A DNA stretch of 64,000 bases. Origin: Octopus sinensis (lineage: Eukaryota). The notes beneath the pieces were generated by a model. That model was not told the DNA's origin. It did no database searches and worked only from the letters and a program-made list of their open reading frames with translations. The DNA lies in the NCBI RefSeq assembly GCF_006345805.1, contig NC_042999.1:119226001-119290000 (forward strand), given 5' to 3'. The number at the start of each line of letters is the position of its first letter. Position 1 is the first letter of the stretch. A program made the position numbers and the translations under genes. Below, in pieces: positions 1-12,965 of the stretch.

Positions 1-271
1 AGTGTAAACAATAACAATGACCACAAGAAGAAGAAGAAGAAGAAGAAGGAGTATAATGCCACCATCAATAACACCACTACAAGCAACAATAACTATAGTC
101 AAAAATGCGTAAAGAAACACGATTAGAATATTAAGAAGGAAAAAGGAGAAAAAAAAAAACAAAAACGTATGGCAATGAAGCAACGAAGTGCAACAAAAAC
201 ATAATTTATAATGACCACAATGAGAATAAGAAGAAAAATAGGAAAACAAGCAAAAAAAACAAGAACAAGTA

Positions 272-273
<2 letters not shown>

Positions 274-327
<54 letters not shown>

Positions 328-348
328 TAATAAAATAATAATATAATA

Positions 349-382
<34 letters not shown>

Positions 383-398
383 TAATAATAATAAAATA

Positions 399-445
<47 letters not shown>
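274..445. repeat. (AAT)n microsatellite
   Basis: Near-pure AAT array; explains the poly-Tyr/Leu ORF 206..487. Confidence 0.97.
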
Positions 446-1102
446 TGACTGACCCAAAAGGAGAAACTGTAGTTTGTTACAAAACACTGTCGAAAATCAT
501 CTTCAGCTTTAGTAAACAGAAGTGTAGTGGAAAAGAAGGAAAGAAAGAAAGGAAGGAAGGGAGGAAGGAAAGAAAGAAGGAAGAGAAAAAAAAAGAATGG
601 TAGAAAGAAAGAAAAAGAATGTTTGAGATGGTATCTTTCTTCTTCTCTCCCCTCCCCTACCTTTGTTCAGTCAGATTACAGAAGATTATGATATAAATGC
701 TTTTGACAGACATTATTCCATATTTAGTGTGAGATACTGTTTACTGAAGAGAAGTCAAGTTCAATTTCTTGCTGTCTGAGTGTGTTTGTATGTGTGTGTG
801 TGTGTGTGTTTCCGTCTGTCTGTGTCTAATTGAATATATGTTTATAAATACACCATGTTCAGATGTATGTCTTTCTCTATCTCTATCTCACTCTCTCTAT
901 ATATATATTTATATATGGGTGGTACTTCAAAGTTACAGTCATCCTTATTTTGCCTAACAACAACAACAACAACAATACTGTATGTATATATGTGTGTGTG
1001 TGTGTGTGTATATATATGTGTATGTATATATATCTATATATATATAAAGTTACAAACTTAGATTCTTTTCCCTGTTCTCATGCAGTTACTTTACATAAAG
1101 CA

Positions 1103-1104
<2 letters not shown>

Positions 1105-1158
<54 letters not shown>
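1105..1158. repeat. (GT)n microsatellite
   Basis: Pure GT array of about 27 units. Confidence 0.97.
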
Positions 1159-1159
<1 letters not shown>

Positions 1160-1440
1160 CTGCGTGCATGTTTGTGAGTCTAAAAAGGAAATGTTATCTA
1201 ACGCCAGACTAGGGCATCAGGTTAACAAGGTGAGGTGAGTGCAGATAATGTAAGGCTTTACTTGATGCGGATAGATGGCAGGAACATTTAAAGAAAATAA
1301 GATTACGTAGCTTTGTGGTCACTGGAATAAAAGACTGGACAATACAGAATATATGCTACATGACAAACCTGTAAAAGGATTTCATTCATAACCAATCTAT
1401 CATTCGTCATATACTTTACAACAACAATAACAACAATAAC

Positions 1441-1662
1441 GATCCTTTCAAAAATAGCCACAAGGCCTGAATTTTGTGGGGAGAGAGTTGGTTGATTACA
1501 TTGACACCTCCATTGCTCAACTGGTACTTATTTTGTTGGCTCCCAAAAGGATAAATGGCATAATCGAACTTGGTAAAATTTGAACACAGAATGTAAAGGC
1601 TGTAAGAAATTCCACTGGGTGTTTTGTCCAGCATGCTAACATTTCTGCAAGCTCGGCACCTT
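1441..1662 (-). mobile_element. tRNA-derived SINE, family A (short-tail form)
   Basis: Reverse complement matches the other family A copies in the window (head ...ctggcagaa.., B-box-like gagttcaaat, core aagtaccag, end aaaggat). Confidence 0.85.
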
Positions 1663-1676
1663 AATAATAGTAATGG

Positions 1677-1947
1677 GAGACCCCTTTCGGTCATGAATGA
1701 CCATGGGATTGCACCTAGAAAGTTACCCACGAAAGCACAAGTCCAGGCAAGTTTGTTTATAGAAGGCCAGCAATCGCCCATGCATACCAGCCTCCCCTCT
1801 CCACACCAAGGGAAAAGCAAAGGCCGATATAGCTTGGCACCAGTGATGTCACAACTCATTTCTACAGCTGAGTTAACTGGAGCAACGTTAAACTCACAAC
1901 CTCATGATCGTAAGCTCGACACTCTAACCACTGAGCCATGCACCTTC
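1677..1947 (-). mobile_element. tRNA-derived SINE, family C
   Basis: Reverse complement aligns with 57505-57840 (head gcatggctcagtggttagag, tail catgaccgaagggggtctcc). Confidence 0.85.
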
Positions 1948-2040
1948 ACAACAATAATAGTAAAGTTGACCTTGGTGGAATTTGAACTCAGAATGTAAGG
2001 ATGAATGAAATAATGAAAATAAAAATAATAATGATAATTC

Positions 2041-2450
2041 AACCATGAGATAGAGAACAATAAGCAAGACATAGTGTTAATTGAGAAAGAAATCAAACGA
2101 TGCTGGATCATAGATATAGCATGCCCAGCTGACAACAAGGTATGTGATAGGGAAGAAAGAAAAGTCAATAGACATGACAGGTTTAGCGTGGGAGGTTAAG
2201 CAATTGTGGTCGATGAAAAAGGTGGTAGTGTCAATAATTGTCGAAGCATTGGGAACAGTGAGTAAAGATCTTGAGAAATACATGGAAAAAAAAGGGGCTG
2301 CAATATGGGTGGAGCACTTGCAGAAAACAGCACTGACCGGAACCGCTTGAATATTCTGGATGGTGCTTGAATATAAGGGGTGTTACCTTAGTCCACTGGT
2401 AGTGAACAGCTGGCACCATAGTACATCTCCAGCATTAGAAGCTGTGCAAA
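2041..2450 (+). mobile_element. R4/Dong-clade non-LTR retrotransposon 3' fragment (restriction-like endonuclease), frameshifted
   Basis: Translates NHEIENNKQDIVLIEKEIKRCWIIDIACPADN... then LAWEVKQLWSMKKVVVSIIVEALGTVS...EHLQKTAL, matching the PD..D RLE tail of R4/Dong; flanked by AAT-rich repeats. Confidence 0.85.
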
Positions 2451-2539
2451 GACAATGAATAATGATAATAATAACTACAACAACAACAATTTATTATTAC
2501 TAATAACTATTAATTGTTTCTGTATTGGATGGAGGGGAC

Positions 2540-4560
2540 TACATAAGAGATTCAAAGGACATTGACACAAGACATGAAAAACCATGCCAAAAAATTACAA
2601 GGATTTTCACATGTAGATGGCTTTACAAGATAAACAATGAGGTAACAATAAATTACTGAACAATAAAAATTTACAAAAAGAAGAGATCTCTAGGATTTAC
2701 CATCAGAAATCATACAAAGAGCATGGTCACTTTAATCACACACTTGGGCCACAACTGTTGGCATTCAGTTCCCCTTCAGTCTAAAACCTCAAGTTCATGG
2801 CAGGACTGTCCACTGGGATCATGCTTGAAACTCTCATCTATCTTTCATCAAATTTGCTGGAAGGTAATACTTCCCTGGCCATCCTCAGTTTTGTCTTCAA
2901 GTGCAGCCTAGTAATGTTGATGAGGGTTTGGCTAAAGAGGGAAATGTCATTCTTAAGCACTTTCAGTATTGTCCATCAAATAATCTCATTCCCCATGCCA
3001 TCAGACAAATAAACACTGCTGACCTTTTCTGGTGAAAGGAAAGTGCGACAAAGCAATTTTCCCAATGGATACACTCAAAAGAGTTTGAGATGATCATTAC
3101 TTACAACTCATTTCATGCTTGGATTCATTTGCTAAGCAGAACTCCACAAGTCAGCAATGCTTGGATACTAAATTATTACATGCAGTACAGTTTTGATACA
3201 CTATGCAAATTTTAGATATGCCCCTGACAGCACTTATACCTTTAAAGTACTTAACCCAAAATAACATTGCTCCACCCCCATAGAACTACCTGGCCAGAGT
3301 CTTCAAGAAGTTATCCATAATCCTAAGGCTGAAAGTTCCAGCATAGGCCAACCATATAATACACATCAGAATCCAGAATATCTCTGAGAACTTCTCATTT
3401 TCTCTATTAGTAGTCCTGTGCATAATGCTAATATGGAAGTGCCACCAGCCACATTTCTTGGTTGGTAGAAGAATGTAGGCACTTAAAGACATGACAACTC
3501 AAGCACCCAGTCTTGGTTTTTACTTACTCAGGATCACAGTTCCGTCAAAGAGATGGTCTTTGAAAAAAATGTGCCTGAAAAACGTTAATCATTTGGAATC
3601 TTGCAAATGTCCAAGAGGATGTTGCTGCATTATCCAGCCATCATGAAGACGATATTAGTGGTAGATTGAAGACTGACCTTCAAACTAGTGAAACTTCTTC
3701 ACATGAAGTAAATGCTCCAATCTGGTCTCATCAAAACTGGGCTAATTTATTAACTACCTGTTTGTAACTTTTTCCATCTTATATACAAATCAGGTGATGT
3801 GTTAATTTGCTACATCTATCCATCCCCTTTCAGAGATAGTTTCCTCTTCATCAATTTCTAGGTGAGACTGGTTATTCTTTTCATAATATTGTTCCAGTTC
3901 CAATCAACCTATAAATTCAGAAGGAACCAGGTCACAAATAAGTTAGCTAAGCCATCAGTCCATGTGCGAACTTATTTTGCCATGTACCTAGCTGAAAGCC
4001 TGAAAACAGGTCTGAACTAGTTTCTTCTCCTACAACAACAATTTTGTACTATCCTAGAATTGTGAAAACAACCTTGACCATCATGAAGCCTAGCACCCAT
4101 ACAGGGATGTTGTTTGGGAATACTGATCAGCTTCTTCCACACTTTTGTTAAAACAAGTTGCCCTTCAACAACTCTAGTTTACACATGCATAGATTGATTA
4201 TTAGCACACAGAGAAAATGGAAGAGAATAACCTATTCACAGACCAAATAAGTGATTGAAAATTAAAATACTTCAAAAAATTTGGTCTCACTCTTCTGGTT
4301 AGAGCAAAAGCTGTCACTTCTTTGAAGGTTTTGTCTTCACTACTGTCCATGCCTAGTGACAGCAACTCACTGTCCAATTCAGGAAGATCATCTGATCCAA
4401 GCCATTCCTTAATACATTGCCTCTCTGCTGGTTGATAGGGGCTGATCAAGGGCAACATATCCTTCAAAGCCATTGATGAAAAGTACAGGCATTCTAGAAA
4501 TCTTGGTTGCTGAGAGCTTCCAAATCTATATTCAGAAACTTAGGGTCATTGCTTCCACAC
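2540..4560 (-). mobile_element. Decayed L1/Tx1-like LINE, 3' part of ORF2 plus 3'UTR
   Basis: Non-repetitive pseudo-coding stretch with many stops (e.g. RLHLKTKLRMAREVLPSKFDER*MRV) ending in a T-rich UTR and ...cccctccatccaatacagaaac. May continue upstream to about 5800 beyond the SINE at 4597. Clade assignment from recalled similarity only. Confidence 0.5.
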
Positions 4561-4596
4561 TAAGTGCAGGTTATGAGTAAGTATGTGAACTATTGT

Positions 4597-4852
4597 GGAA
4601 GTGCATGGCTTAGTGGTTATGATGTTGGGCTCATGATTGTAAGATTGTGGTTTCGATTCCTGGACTGAGCGGCACATTGTGTTCTTGAGCAAAGTACTTC
4701 AATTCATGCTACTCTGGTCCACTCAGCTGAAAAAAAGGAGTAATCCTGCAATGGACTTGCATCCCATCCAGGTACAGAATACATGTGCCATGAAACTGGG
4801 AAACTGGCCCTTGTGAGTCGGTATGACTTAAGAAGGTAACCTTTACCTTTAC
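4597..4852 (+). mobile_element. tRNA-derived SINE, family C
   Basis: A-box-like tggcttagtggtt and B-box-like gtttcgattcc, followed by tgtgttcttgagcaa shared with 7362, 9322 and 57505 copies. Confidence 0.85.
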
Positions 4853-7096
4853 CCATGTAACCTATTCTTTATATGCGCTTCCTACAGCCTTTTTCATTTA
4901 TTTGTATGTGGGTGTGTGCATTTGCTTCTTAAACCTCATTAATATTCTGTTGCTGCAAGCAAGAACAGTGAAGTTAATAAAAAATTCCGTTTTGCTTTGT
5001 GTTTTCCGTGTATTGATATTACTCTTGCAACTGCTGTTGTTGTTATTGTGGGCTTAATAGCAATGTGGCTCTTCTCACTTTGCCTTTATGTATGAAAAGA
5101 AGATCTTCATGTGGCAGGTAACATTGCATATGTGAGTGAGACATGGATCTTTTCCCTTCATTTTTCAGAAATAGCCAAGTACTTTTGGCAGCTCAATCAA
5201 GTCGGGGAGGTTTTGAGGTTTTGTTTCTGATCCATTTGTATCAAAAGCTCCTTCAATCTGTGTCTCCAGGATAGTCAACTCGTCATCATCATCATCACTC
5301 AAAAACCTCTGGATGTTTATTTCCGGTAGAATATTAACTGCATCCGACTTCTTAATACATCAATCCATATATGATGAAATGAGAATGGATTCCTTACTCT
5401 TAACTAGATTCCAATATTCTTTTTCACCCTACATTGTCTTCAGGTTTTTCTACCCTTGGGCTATTCTCCTCACCAACTTTTCATTCCTCTGCATTTTCCA
5501 TTACTTTCTGAGGCATAGCTGAGGTGAGTTATCAGTCCTTTTTCAGTAGAGGTTTCTGACTTTTAATTATTCTTTTTCTAACATGAATCACTTTATACCT
5601 CTTGCTGCACTTACCAGCAAGCCACTCCTAGCAATCACATTACTCTAGCTTCTTTTACTGCTGTAACTGCTTTGTCTTCTAGTCATAAAATTGCCATTGG
5701 CTACAATCAAAAGGCTCATGATGCACGTGGCAGTGTTGGTTGATGTTTTGAATATTTTACCCTTAGAGTTGTAAATCCATTAGAGCATGAAACGAAGGAA
5801 TCATTTAATTCTTAGTGATTACAGTCAGATTCACCACAAGATGAAACACAAAAATTAGAATAAAACAAATCCATCCATGGCAGGATCTGGACTATGTACT
5901 TCAATTTTCACTATTAGATATTTGAAAGTCATTAGCATAGCTAGAACATATGCTGCCCAGGGTGACCCTTCAGTTTGCTGCCCCTGGGCCTCCGTGAGAG
6001 ATACATATTGCCTACAGCAGACTCAAAAAAGCTGCCTGGGGGTGGACCGCCCCCTCCACACCTCTCTAGCCGTGCTAGTGCTTAAAGTTACCCTTCCAAC
6101 ACATCTCTGCTGTCTGAGCCATTCACACTGTCAAATAATTTCATTTATGTAGTTTTTATTATTCATTTAATTAGTGTATGTCACATTTATTTTATTTTAG
6201 TTGGGAATGAATTTATTTCAAAATAAGTACTTCAAATCATTGCAGTTTCTCTCACACAACCTCATGACCTCCTATTATTTCTCTATTTAATTACACATTA
6301 ATTTATTTATTGACATTGTTTTTAATTTTTCTCAATTTTTTCTGTGTATTTTTTATTTATTTTCTACCTTTTGTTTTTCAATTTCTTTTTTCTTTTTCGT
6401 TTCTTTTCATTTTAACTATTTTATCTGCTGTCTGACCTAACTGCTGCATCTTTTCAAAGCTGCAGATGTAGGCTGACTTGATAATTATTGTTGTCATAAA
6501 GACCAGGGTTTATATCTTTCAGCAGCCATACAACATGCATTAAAAAAAAATTGATTTGGAACTTTTGACACTGAGATGTGGCTGCTTGCTTTCAAATAAT
6601 AATTGAATAATGGGCAGACAACATATCAAGAATGGATAACAATAAACTCAACAACATTAGAAATAAGAAATTATTATTATTATTATTATTATTATCATTA
6701 TTATTACTATTATCATTATTATTATTATCGTTGTCATTGTTGTTGTTATTATTTTATTTTTATTGCAGATGTTTTATCTTACATGTGTATGAATTTTGAT
6801 TGCTGTAATATTGTTATTATTATTGTAATCAGTATTAACACCGTTACTGGTGGGTGGAGGGGAGTACTATAAAAAAAATAAATAAAAAGGAAGAAAAGAA
6901 AAGAAAGCGATGGCATTCAATACATTGTAACTTTGTTTTTTATTTTAAGTTCCTCTAAGGTCACCTTTGTCTTTTATTCATGAACTATGTCTGATTAAAT
7001 ATATGGATTATAGCCTTTCTTAAAAACTAAACTCTTCTTTTTCTTCTTCTTCTTCTAATTATTATTATTATTATTATAATTATTATTATTATTAAC

Positions 7097-7325
7097 AAAG
7101 TGGCTAGTTGGCAGAAATGTTAGCATGCCGGGCGAAATGCTTACTGGTATTTCGTCTGCCGCTACGTTCTGAGTTCAAATTCTACCGAGGTCGACTTAGC
7201 CTTTCATCCTTTCAGGGTCAATTAAATAAGTACCAGTTACTGCGGTCGATATAATCGACTTAATCCCTTTGTCTGTCCTTGTTCGTCCTCTCTATGTTTA
7301 GCCCCTTGTGGGCAGTAAATAAATA
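7097..7325 (+). mobile_element. tRNA-derived SINE, family A (long-tail form)
   Basis: Aligns end to end with 29073-29300; tail tgtccttgtt...agcccc..gtgggca.taaa. Confidence 0.9.
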
Positions 7326-7361
7326 AAAATGATAATAATAATAATTATTATTATTATTATT

Positions 7362-7650
7362 GGCCTACTGGTTAGGGTGTTGCACTCGCAATCGTGAGAT
7401 CATGGTCTCAATTCCTAGGTTAGATTGTGCATTGTGTTCTTGAGCAAAAACACTTCATCTCACATTGCTTTGCAATCATTTCGACACCTGACATGCGGTA
7501 CACTGTGAACCTCTTCAGACAATGTCGATTTGATGTAGAGAGTGAGCCAATGTACAGCACATATGTGTGGCCACTATTAACAGATCATTTGTACAGGTTA
7601 TTTCACAGAAATAGCTAAATACTCATATGTCGTCTTCAGTGGGAGAGTCC
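7362..7650 (+). mobile_element. SINE family C variant
   Basis: Head and tgtgttcttgagcaaaaacacttcatc core; body aligns with 9322-9575. Confidence 0.75.
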
Positions 7651-7653
7651 ATC

Positions 7654-7690
<37 letters not shown>

Positions 7691-8354
7691 TCATTGAGGT
7701 GGCAACCTGGTATAATCGTTGGTACACTGGACAAAATGCTTCATGGTATTTCATATGAATGCACTTATTATCAAAAGCATTATTTCTGTTTTCAGACTCT
7801 ACATTCTAATTGTCTCTGTTCACAGTTCTTTGTATTTTGAGAGCTTCTCTGCTTCTTTCAGAGATACATTGTCATTCTTTTGGGACTGATATGTCAATTG
7901 GAGGGCATTAATATTCTTGAGGGTCTCTGACAACTATATCAGGCATTTTAGCCTTGATGTTTCTATCTGTATGTGTTGCCATATCCCAAAGTATGGATGC
8001 TTTGTTATTTTCTGACACCTTTTCTGTGATATGCTTATGCTATTTCTTTTTCTGCTGTCACTCTATAGTGCTGGCACAGCTTCTAGTGCATATACGTCCT
8101 ATTTCTGTCATTTCTGAGGATATATTCATTATTATTATCATTCTAATTATTATTTGATGTAAACTCTCAACTTATTTTGCTGGGTATGATGGAAAGTGTC
8201 AGCTGTCCTTAGCTAGCAGACCAAGATAACACTAGTTTACTGGTCATGCTTCAAGAACCCTGTGGAAAATTCTTACAGTTCTAAGCAATGCTAATTTTTG
8301 AAGGTGTTCTATCATTACATTTGTGTCAATCTTTTTGAGCCATGTTGGTAGTTT

Positions 8355-8510
8355 TGCTCTATTATTATTATTATCATCATTATTACTATTATTATTATTA
8401 TCATCATTATTACTATTATTATTATCATCATATTACTATTATTATTATCATCATTATTACTATTATCATCATCATCATTATTATTATTATCATTATCATT
8501 ATTATTATTT
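8355..8510. repeat. (ATT/ATC)n compound microsatellite
   Basis: Mixed TAT/CAT triplet array; source of poly-Tyr/His/Ile ORFs. Confidence 0.95.
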
Positions 8511-8714
8511 TTGGCAGAATTGTTAGCATGCTGGGCAAAATACTTTGCAGAATTTTGTCTGTCTTTACATTCTGGGTTCAAATTCTGCTGTGGTCAACTT
8601 TGCCTTCCACCCTTTCAGAGTCAATGAAATAAGTACCAGTTATGCACTTGGGTTGATGTAATCAACTATCCCTCTCTCTCACAATTTCAGGCCTTGTGCT
8701 TATAATAGAAAGGA
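8511..8714 (+). mobile_element. SINE family A (short-tail form)
   Basis: tggcagaattgttagcatgctgggcaaaat...ttcaaattctgctgtggtcaactttgcc...aagtaccag...agaaagg. Confidence 0.88.
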
Positions 8715-8789
8715 TTATTATTATTATTATTATTAATATCATTCTTCTTCTTCTTATTATTATTATTATTATTCTCAAGCCAAATAAGA

Positions 8790-9258
8790 TTGTAGTTTTG
8801 ACCGATGCCAGTAATGTGCAACTGGCCCATTGAAGGTCCCCTTTAATCGTTGGGTGGATATACTGTGCTTGTGAAGACCTGTGGAACTGAGTGAAATTGT
8901 AGTTTTAGCCAATACCAGTGCTGTCTGACTAGCACCTATGCTGGTGGCACGTAAAAATCACCGTTTGTGTATTGGGCCTTATGGAGGCAGTGACAGGTGT
9001 CCAAGATGCTTGGCGATATACCGTGCTTGTGTAGACCTGTCAAACCAAGTGAGACTGTAGTCATGGCCAATGCTGGTGTCAGGTCATTGGCTCCCATGTG
9101 AGTGGCATGTAAAAAGCACTCACTACACTCTTAGAGTGGTTGGCATTAGGAAGGGCATCCAGCTGTAGAACCTGGTGCATCCTCACCCACTGGCTTACCA
9201 GTTTTCAGTCAAACCATCCAAATCAGGCCAACATGGAAAACGAATTTTAAATGATGGA
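8790..9258 (+). mobile_element. SINE family D, older copy with internal tandem subrepeats
   Basis: Contains tggttggcattaggaagggcatccagctgtagaa and ends aacatggaaaacgaattttaaatgatg, as in 41701-42040. Confidence 0.75.
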
Positions 9259-10829
9259 TAATGATAATAATTTTATTATTATTATTTTTAATATTATTAT
9301 TATCATTTTGTTGGGGCTTCTGGGCTAGTGGTGGGGCATTGTGCTCATGACCTAATGATCATGATTTCAATTCCTAGACATCTCATGTTGCTCTGCAATC
9401 ACTTCGACACTTGACATGTGGTACACACTGCACCTGTTCAGACAACATCAATTTGGTGGAGAGAGTAAGCTTATGTGTGGCACACATATTTGATCACTAT
9501 AGAATAATTATTTGTGAAAATTCTTCAGCAAAAGCTGAACACTTATACATCATTTTGAACAGGTAAGTCCATCATTATTATTTTAGTTGTAGTTGTTGCT
9601 GCTGTTGTTGTTATTAAATTTGAAATGCCCACAAGATTTACTTTTGCTTTTCATTCCTCCAAGTATGTTAAAATATTATATTCAATAGGCAAACAATAGA
9701 GCCAGTTACATTGAAATTATCTTCCCTAAATGCCAGGTCATGTTTAGAAAGTAATATATAAGTCTTTCTGTAGAGATAGCTGGTGGAATTGATGGAGCAC
9801 TACATAAAATGTCTTTTTGTGTTTAACTATCAGCTGAAATCCAGCCAGGGTTAACTTTGCTTTTCATCTTTCAGGATTTGGTAAGATAAAATAACCAATT
9901 AAGTACTGAGAATGCTATATCATTCTTCCGAATGTGTCGCCTTGGGCTTAAATTATAAAATGTTTACTATTATCACCGAAAGTAACAAAGACAAAAAAAA
10001 AATAGTAGACAACTTGTCTTGTAGCATTTAGTTATGCTTTTCAATGTTTTGAGTTCAAATCCCACTGGAATTGATTTTTCTTTTCATACATAAAGATAAA
10101 TATCGCACATATCCTGGAGATTATTTGGTGAATTATAATTTTTTCTCTTACAAAGCAGTCATTTCATAACAATGTAAAAGAACAAAAAGAAAAAGAAGGA
10201 AAAATAAAACAACCTCAATTCCATAATGATTAAGATAAGGTAAAAATAATTGCTTATCTTCCGAGTGATATTGTCTGTACTGTAACATGGTTTCATTATA
10301 ATTGATAAAAATAGATCCTATCAATGCAGAACTCTTTCATGTTCCCCTCTCTCTATAGAGATTTATCTTAATTATCATCTACAAATAACCTAGACATCTC
10401 ACATCCGACATGTATTGAGTCAATATGACTTCTAATGGAGACATAGAAATCTAAACTCTTCTAAACAGCACAAAATACGTTATCATTATTATTATTATTA
10501 TTAGTAGTAGTAGTAGTAGTAGTAGTAGTAGCAGCAGCAGTAGTAAAAGAAGAGGAGGAGGGGGAGGACTGGTGGATTGACAGAATCGTAAAAGTGTCAG
10601 ACAAAATGCTTTCCAGTATTTGTTTCTTTTTTTTCTTTTTAGCTTAGACTCTGTTGTGTCTGGGGAGAGTCATTTTCTTTTTGTGCCTTATAATGTAACA
10701 CACTCACCGGTAAAATTTCCACTTATTTCTTATTTTTATTTTCCTAAAATTTTCGTTGTGTTTTGCAACCTTTTCAATAGTCTTGACTCTGTCCATTATT
10801 TACACTGCATTCCTTTTTGTTTGTTTCTG

Positions 10830-11260
10830 CACATGTGTGAGCCTATGCATGCATGCATGTACGTATGTATGTGTGTATGTATGTATGCATGTGTATGTAT
10901 GTATATATGTGTGTGTATGCATATTTATATATGTATGTGTGTGCATCTGTATGTATGTATTCTGCATATTCATGTGCTTGCATGTCTGTGTTTGTGTATT
11001 TTCTATGTATGTGTGTGTGTGAGCGTGTGTTTGTATATGCATACACCTCTGTCTCCTTGTGAGTGCATGTCTGTGTGTGTTATGCAACTATGTACCATTT
11101 TTGTATGTATGGATGTGCATCTCTATATGTGTGGATCTGTGTCTCCATATGTGTCCTTATGTGGAGTAAAGTGTGTGTGTATATATGGTCATGTGTTTCA
11201 GTCTCTATTTGCATATGTGTGCTTGTCTATTCTTATAACCTATGTACCTATCCGCTGTAT
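10830..11260. repeat. Cryptic (GT)/(GTAT)n low-complexity tract
   Basis: Degenerate TG/TATG repeats; source of Cys/Val/Met/Tyr-rich ORFs on both strands. Confidence 0.9.
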
Positions 11261-12783
11261 GTTGATCTGTTTATTTTCATATACATATGCTTACATACAA
11301 GCATGTAAGCATATGGATATGAAAATAAACAGATCAACGGGCTGGGAACAACATTTAAAAATTATGCTGTTTTCAAATTCTTTTATTTTGGAGAGGTTTC
11401 TTGCAATCAAGTGCTAAGAATATTTTAAAAAATCCCAGTGGAAATGGAGAAAATTCAACTTATGTGGATTGCACCCATTTTACTTGTATCTCTTAATCAT
11501 TATGTTCTGATAGTTTCTCACCATAATTTCAAGTAATATAGTAAAGTGTAATTATTTTCTTAACTTAATCTTTGTTAGTAATGTTGAAGAGGGTTGAATT
11601 TTGCTCAGTTTTAAGTAAAACGTTTTGGTGTTTATAAGTGGCTTATGGTTACTATTATAACTGGGTGTGCTCTGTGATTCTTTCTAATAAAAATGATTGC
11701 TTCTAGTAAAAGCACAAAACTTTCACAGTTGTATATAAGGGATTCACTACATTCTTATCAACAAATCCCCTCTGCATGGATTTGGTAATAAAAAATAAGC
11801 TTAAACAGTTGTATATATCTGTAACTGGACAGTATTTCAACATTGATAAATTGTAACATATATAATGTTTAGATCACCTGCTGTAAACAACAGTGAACAT
11901 TGTTACATCTACAGCTCCAAACAGATATAATCTTTGTTTCTAAGTGAAGTACAAGTGTGTGTATTATTACTGAAAATTAACTTTAACTTTGTTTCGGAAA
12001 GTGAATCATTACTAATTACGATAAGATTATATCATAATCCTGCAAGAATAGAGTAAAATCAGTTTTATGTAGAATATTTTCAATATTTTAGAATTGTACA
12101 AATCTTGATCTGAGACTGAAGCGATTACAACATGGCAGTTCCATTTTAGGCTTCTAAATCACTCAAAATTAGTTATTATACAGATGTGAAATGCTTCTTC
12201 CATGGCATAATGTTTCCAAGACTCCATACATACATACCATCATGAAGATAAACACAGCATGTGTGCTTTGTGGAAAGATGCTCTTCTTAAGTCCTTATTT
12301 TTATTATATTTCTATTATGCTGCCATTCAGTGTCATATAATGATGCAATTAGCTGTAAGGTGTACCCTTTTATTTCAGAACAAGTGCCTCAGTATTTCAT
12401 CACAAGGTATAGAAAGAATAGTCTTTCATAATGATCTATGGTTATGTTCCTGAATGAGCTTAATATTTATGAATATACCAAAAATAGATGTACAGTGCTC
12501 TCATTGTATATTCAGAATGAATACACCTGGAGTTTAAACCTATACTCATCCGTCTTAATTCAGTAGTATTTTCATAGTCTTTAGTCAATGAGAGAACCAT
12601 TATGTGGTTGCTTAGTCTGTTGGAAATAGCTGTGAAATAGTCATCAAATAAAGTCTTACCTTAAATAATGAGAGAACATCAGATAATTGTTATAATCTTT
12701 ACAATGTTGGATTCTTATAATGCCCACTTCAGTATACGGTATACTTAATAAAACTAATAAACTATCTCTGATCACCTACTACA

Positions 12784-12965
12784 GACTGTTTCTTTATTTT
12801 GGCACTATGGCCATTACACAGAGGGGACAGGACAAGAACAGACAGAACACCACAGTGGGGACAAAAATCATAAAACAAATGAAAATGAAGATGTTATATG
12901 ATGATGAAAATGAAATGGCTGCATGAGCCCCACTCTCTCGTGCAGTACCATTTGAACATTTTGTT
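12784..12965 (-). mobile_element. 3' end of L1/Tx1-like LINE inserted in the Gypsy 3' LTR
   Basis: Reverse complement aligns with 49957-50131 (aaatgttcaaatggtactgca...tgtccccactgtggtg...aaaataaagaaa); absent from the 5' LTR of the same element. Confidence 0.8.

Noticed and set aside
206-1177. ORFs rich in Tyr/Leu/Cys/Val, and similar ORFs at 8315-8632, 10620-11417, 27321-27823, 35367-35894, 62762-63292
   Set aside because: They are translations of microsatellites in multiple overlapping frames, with no domain signal.
4597-4670. tRNA-like A and B boxes here and at other SINE heads
   Set aside because: They are SINE heads without a full cloverleaf; not tRNA genes.
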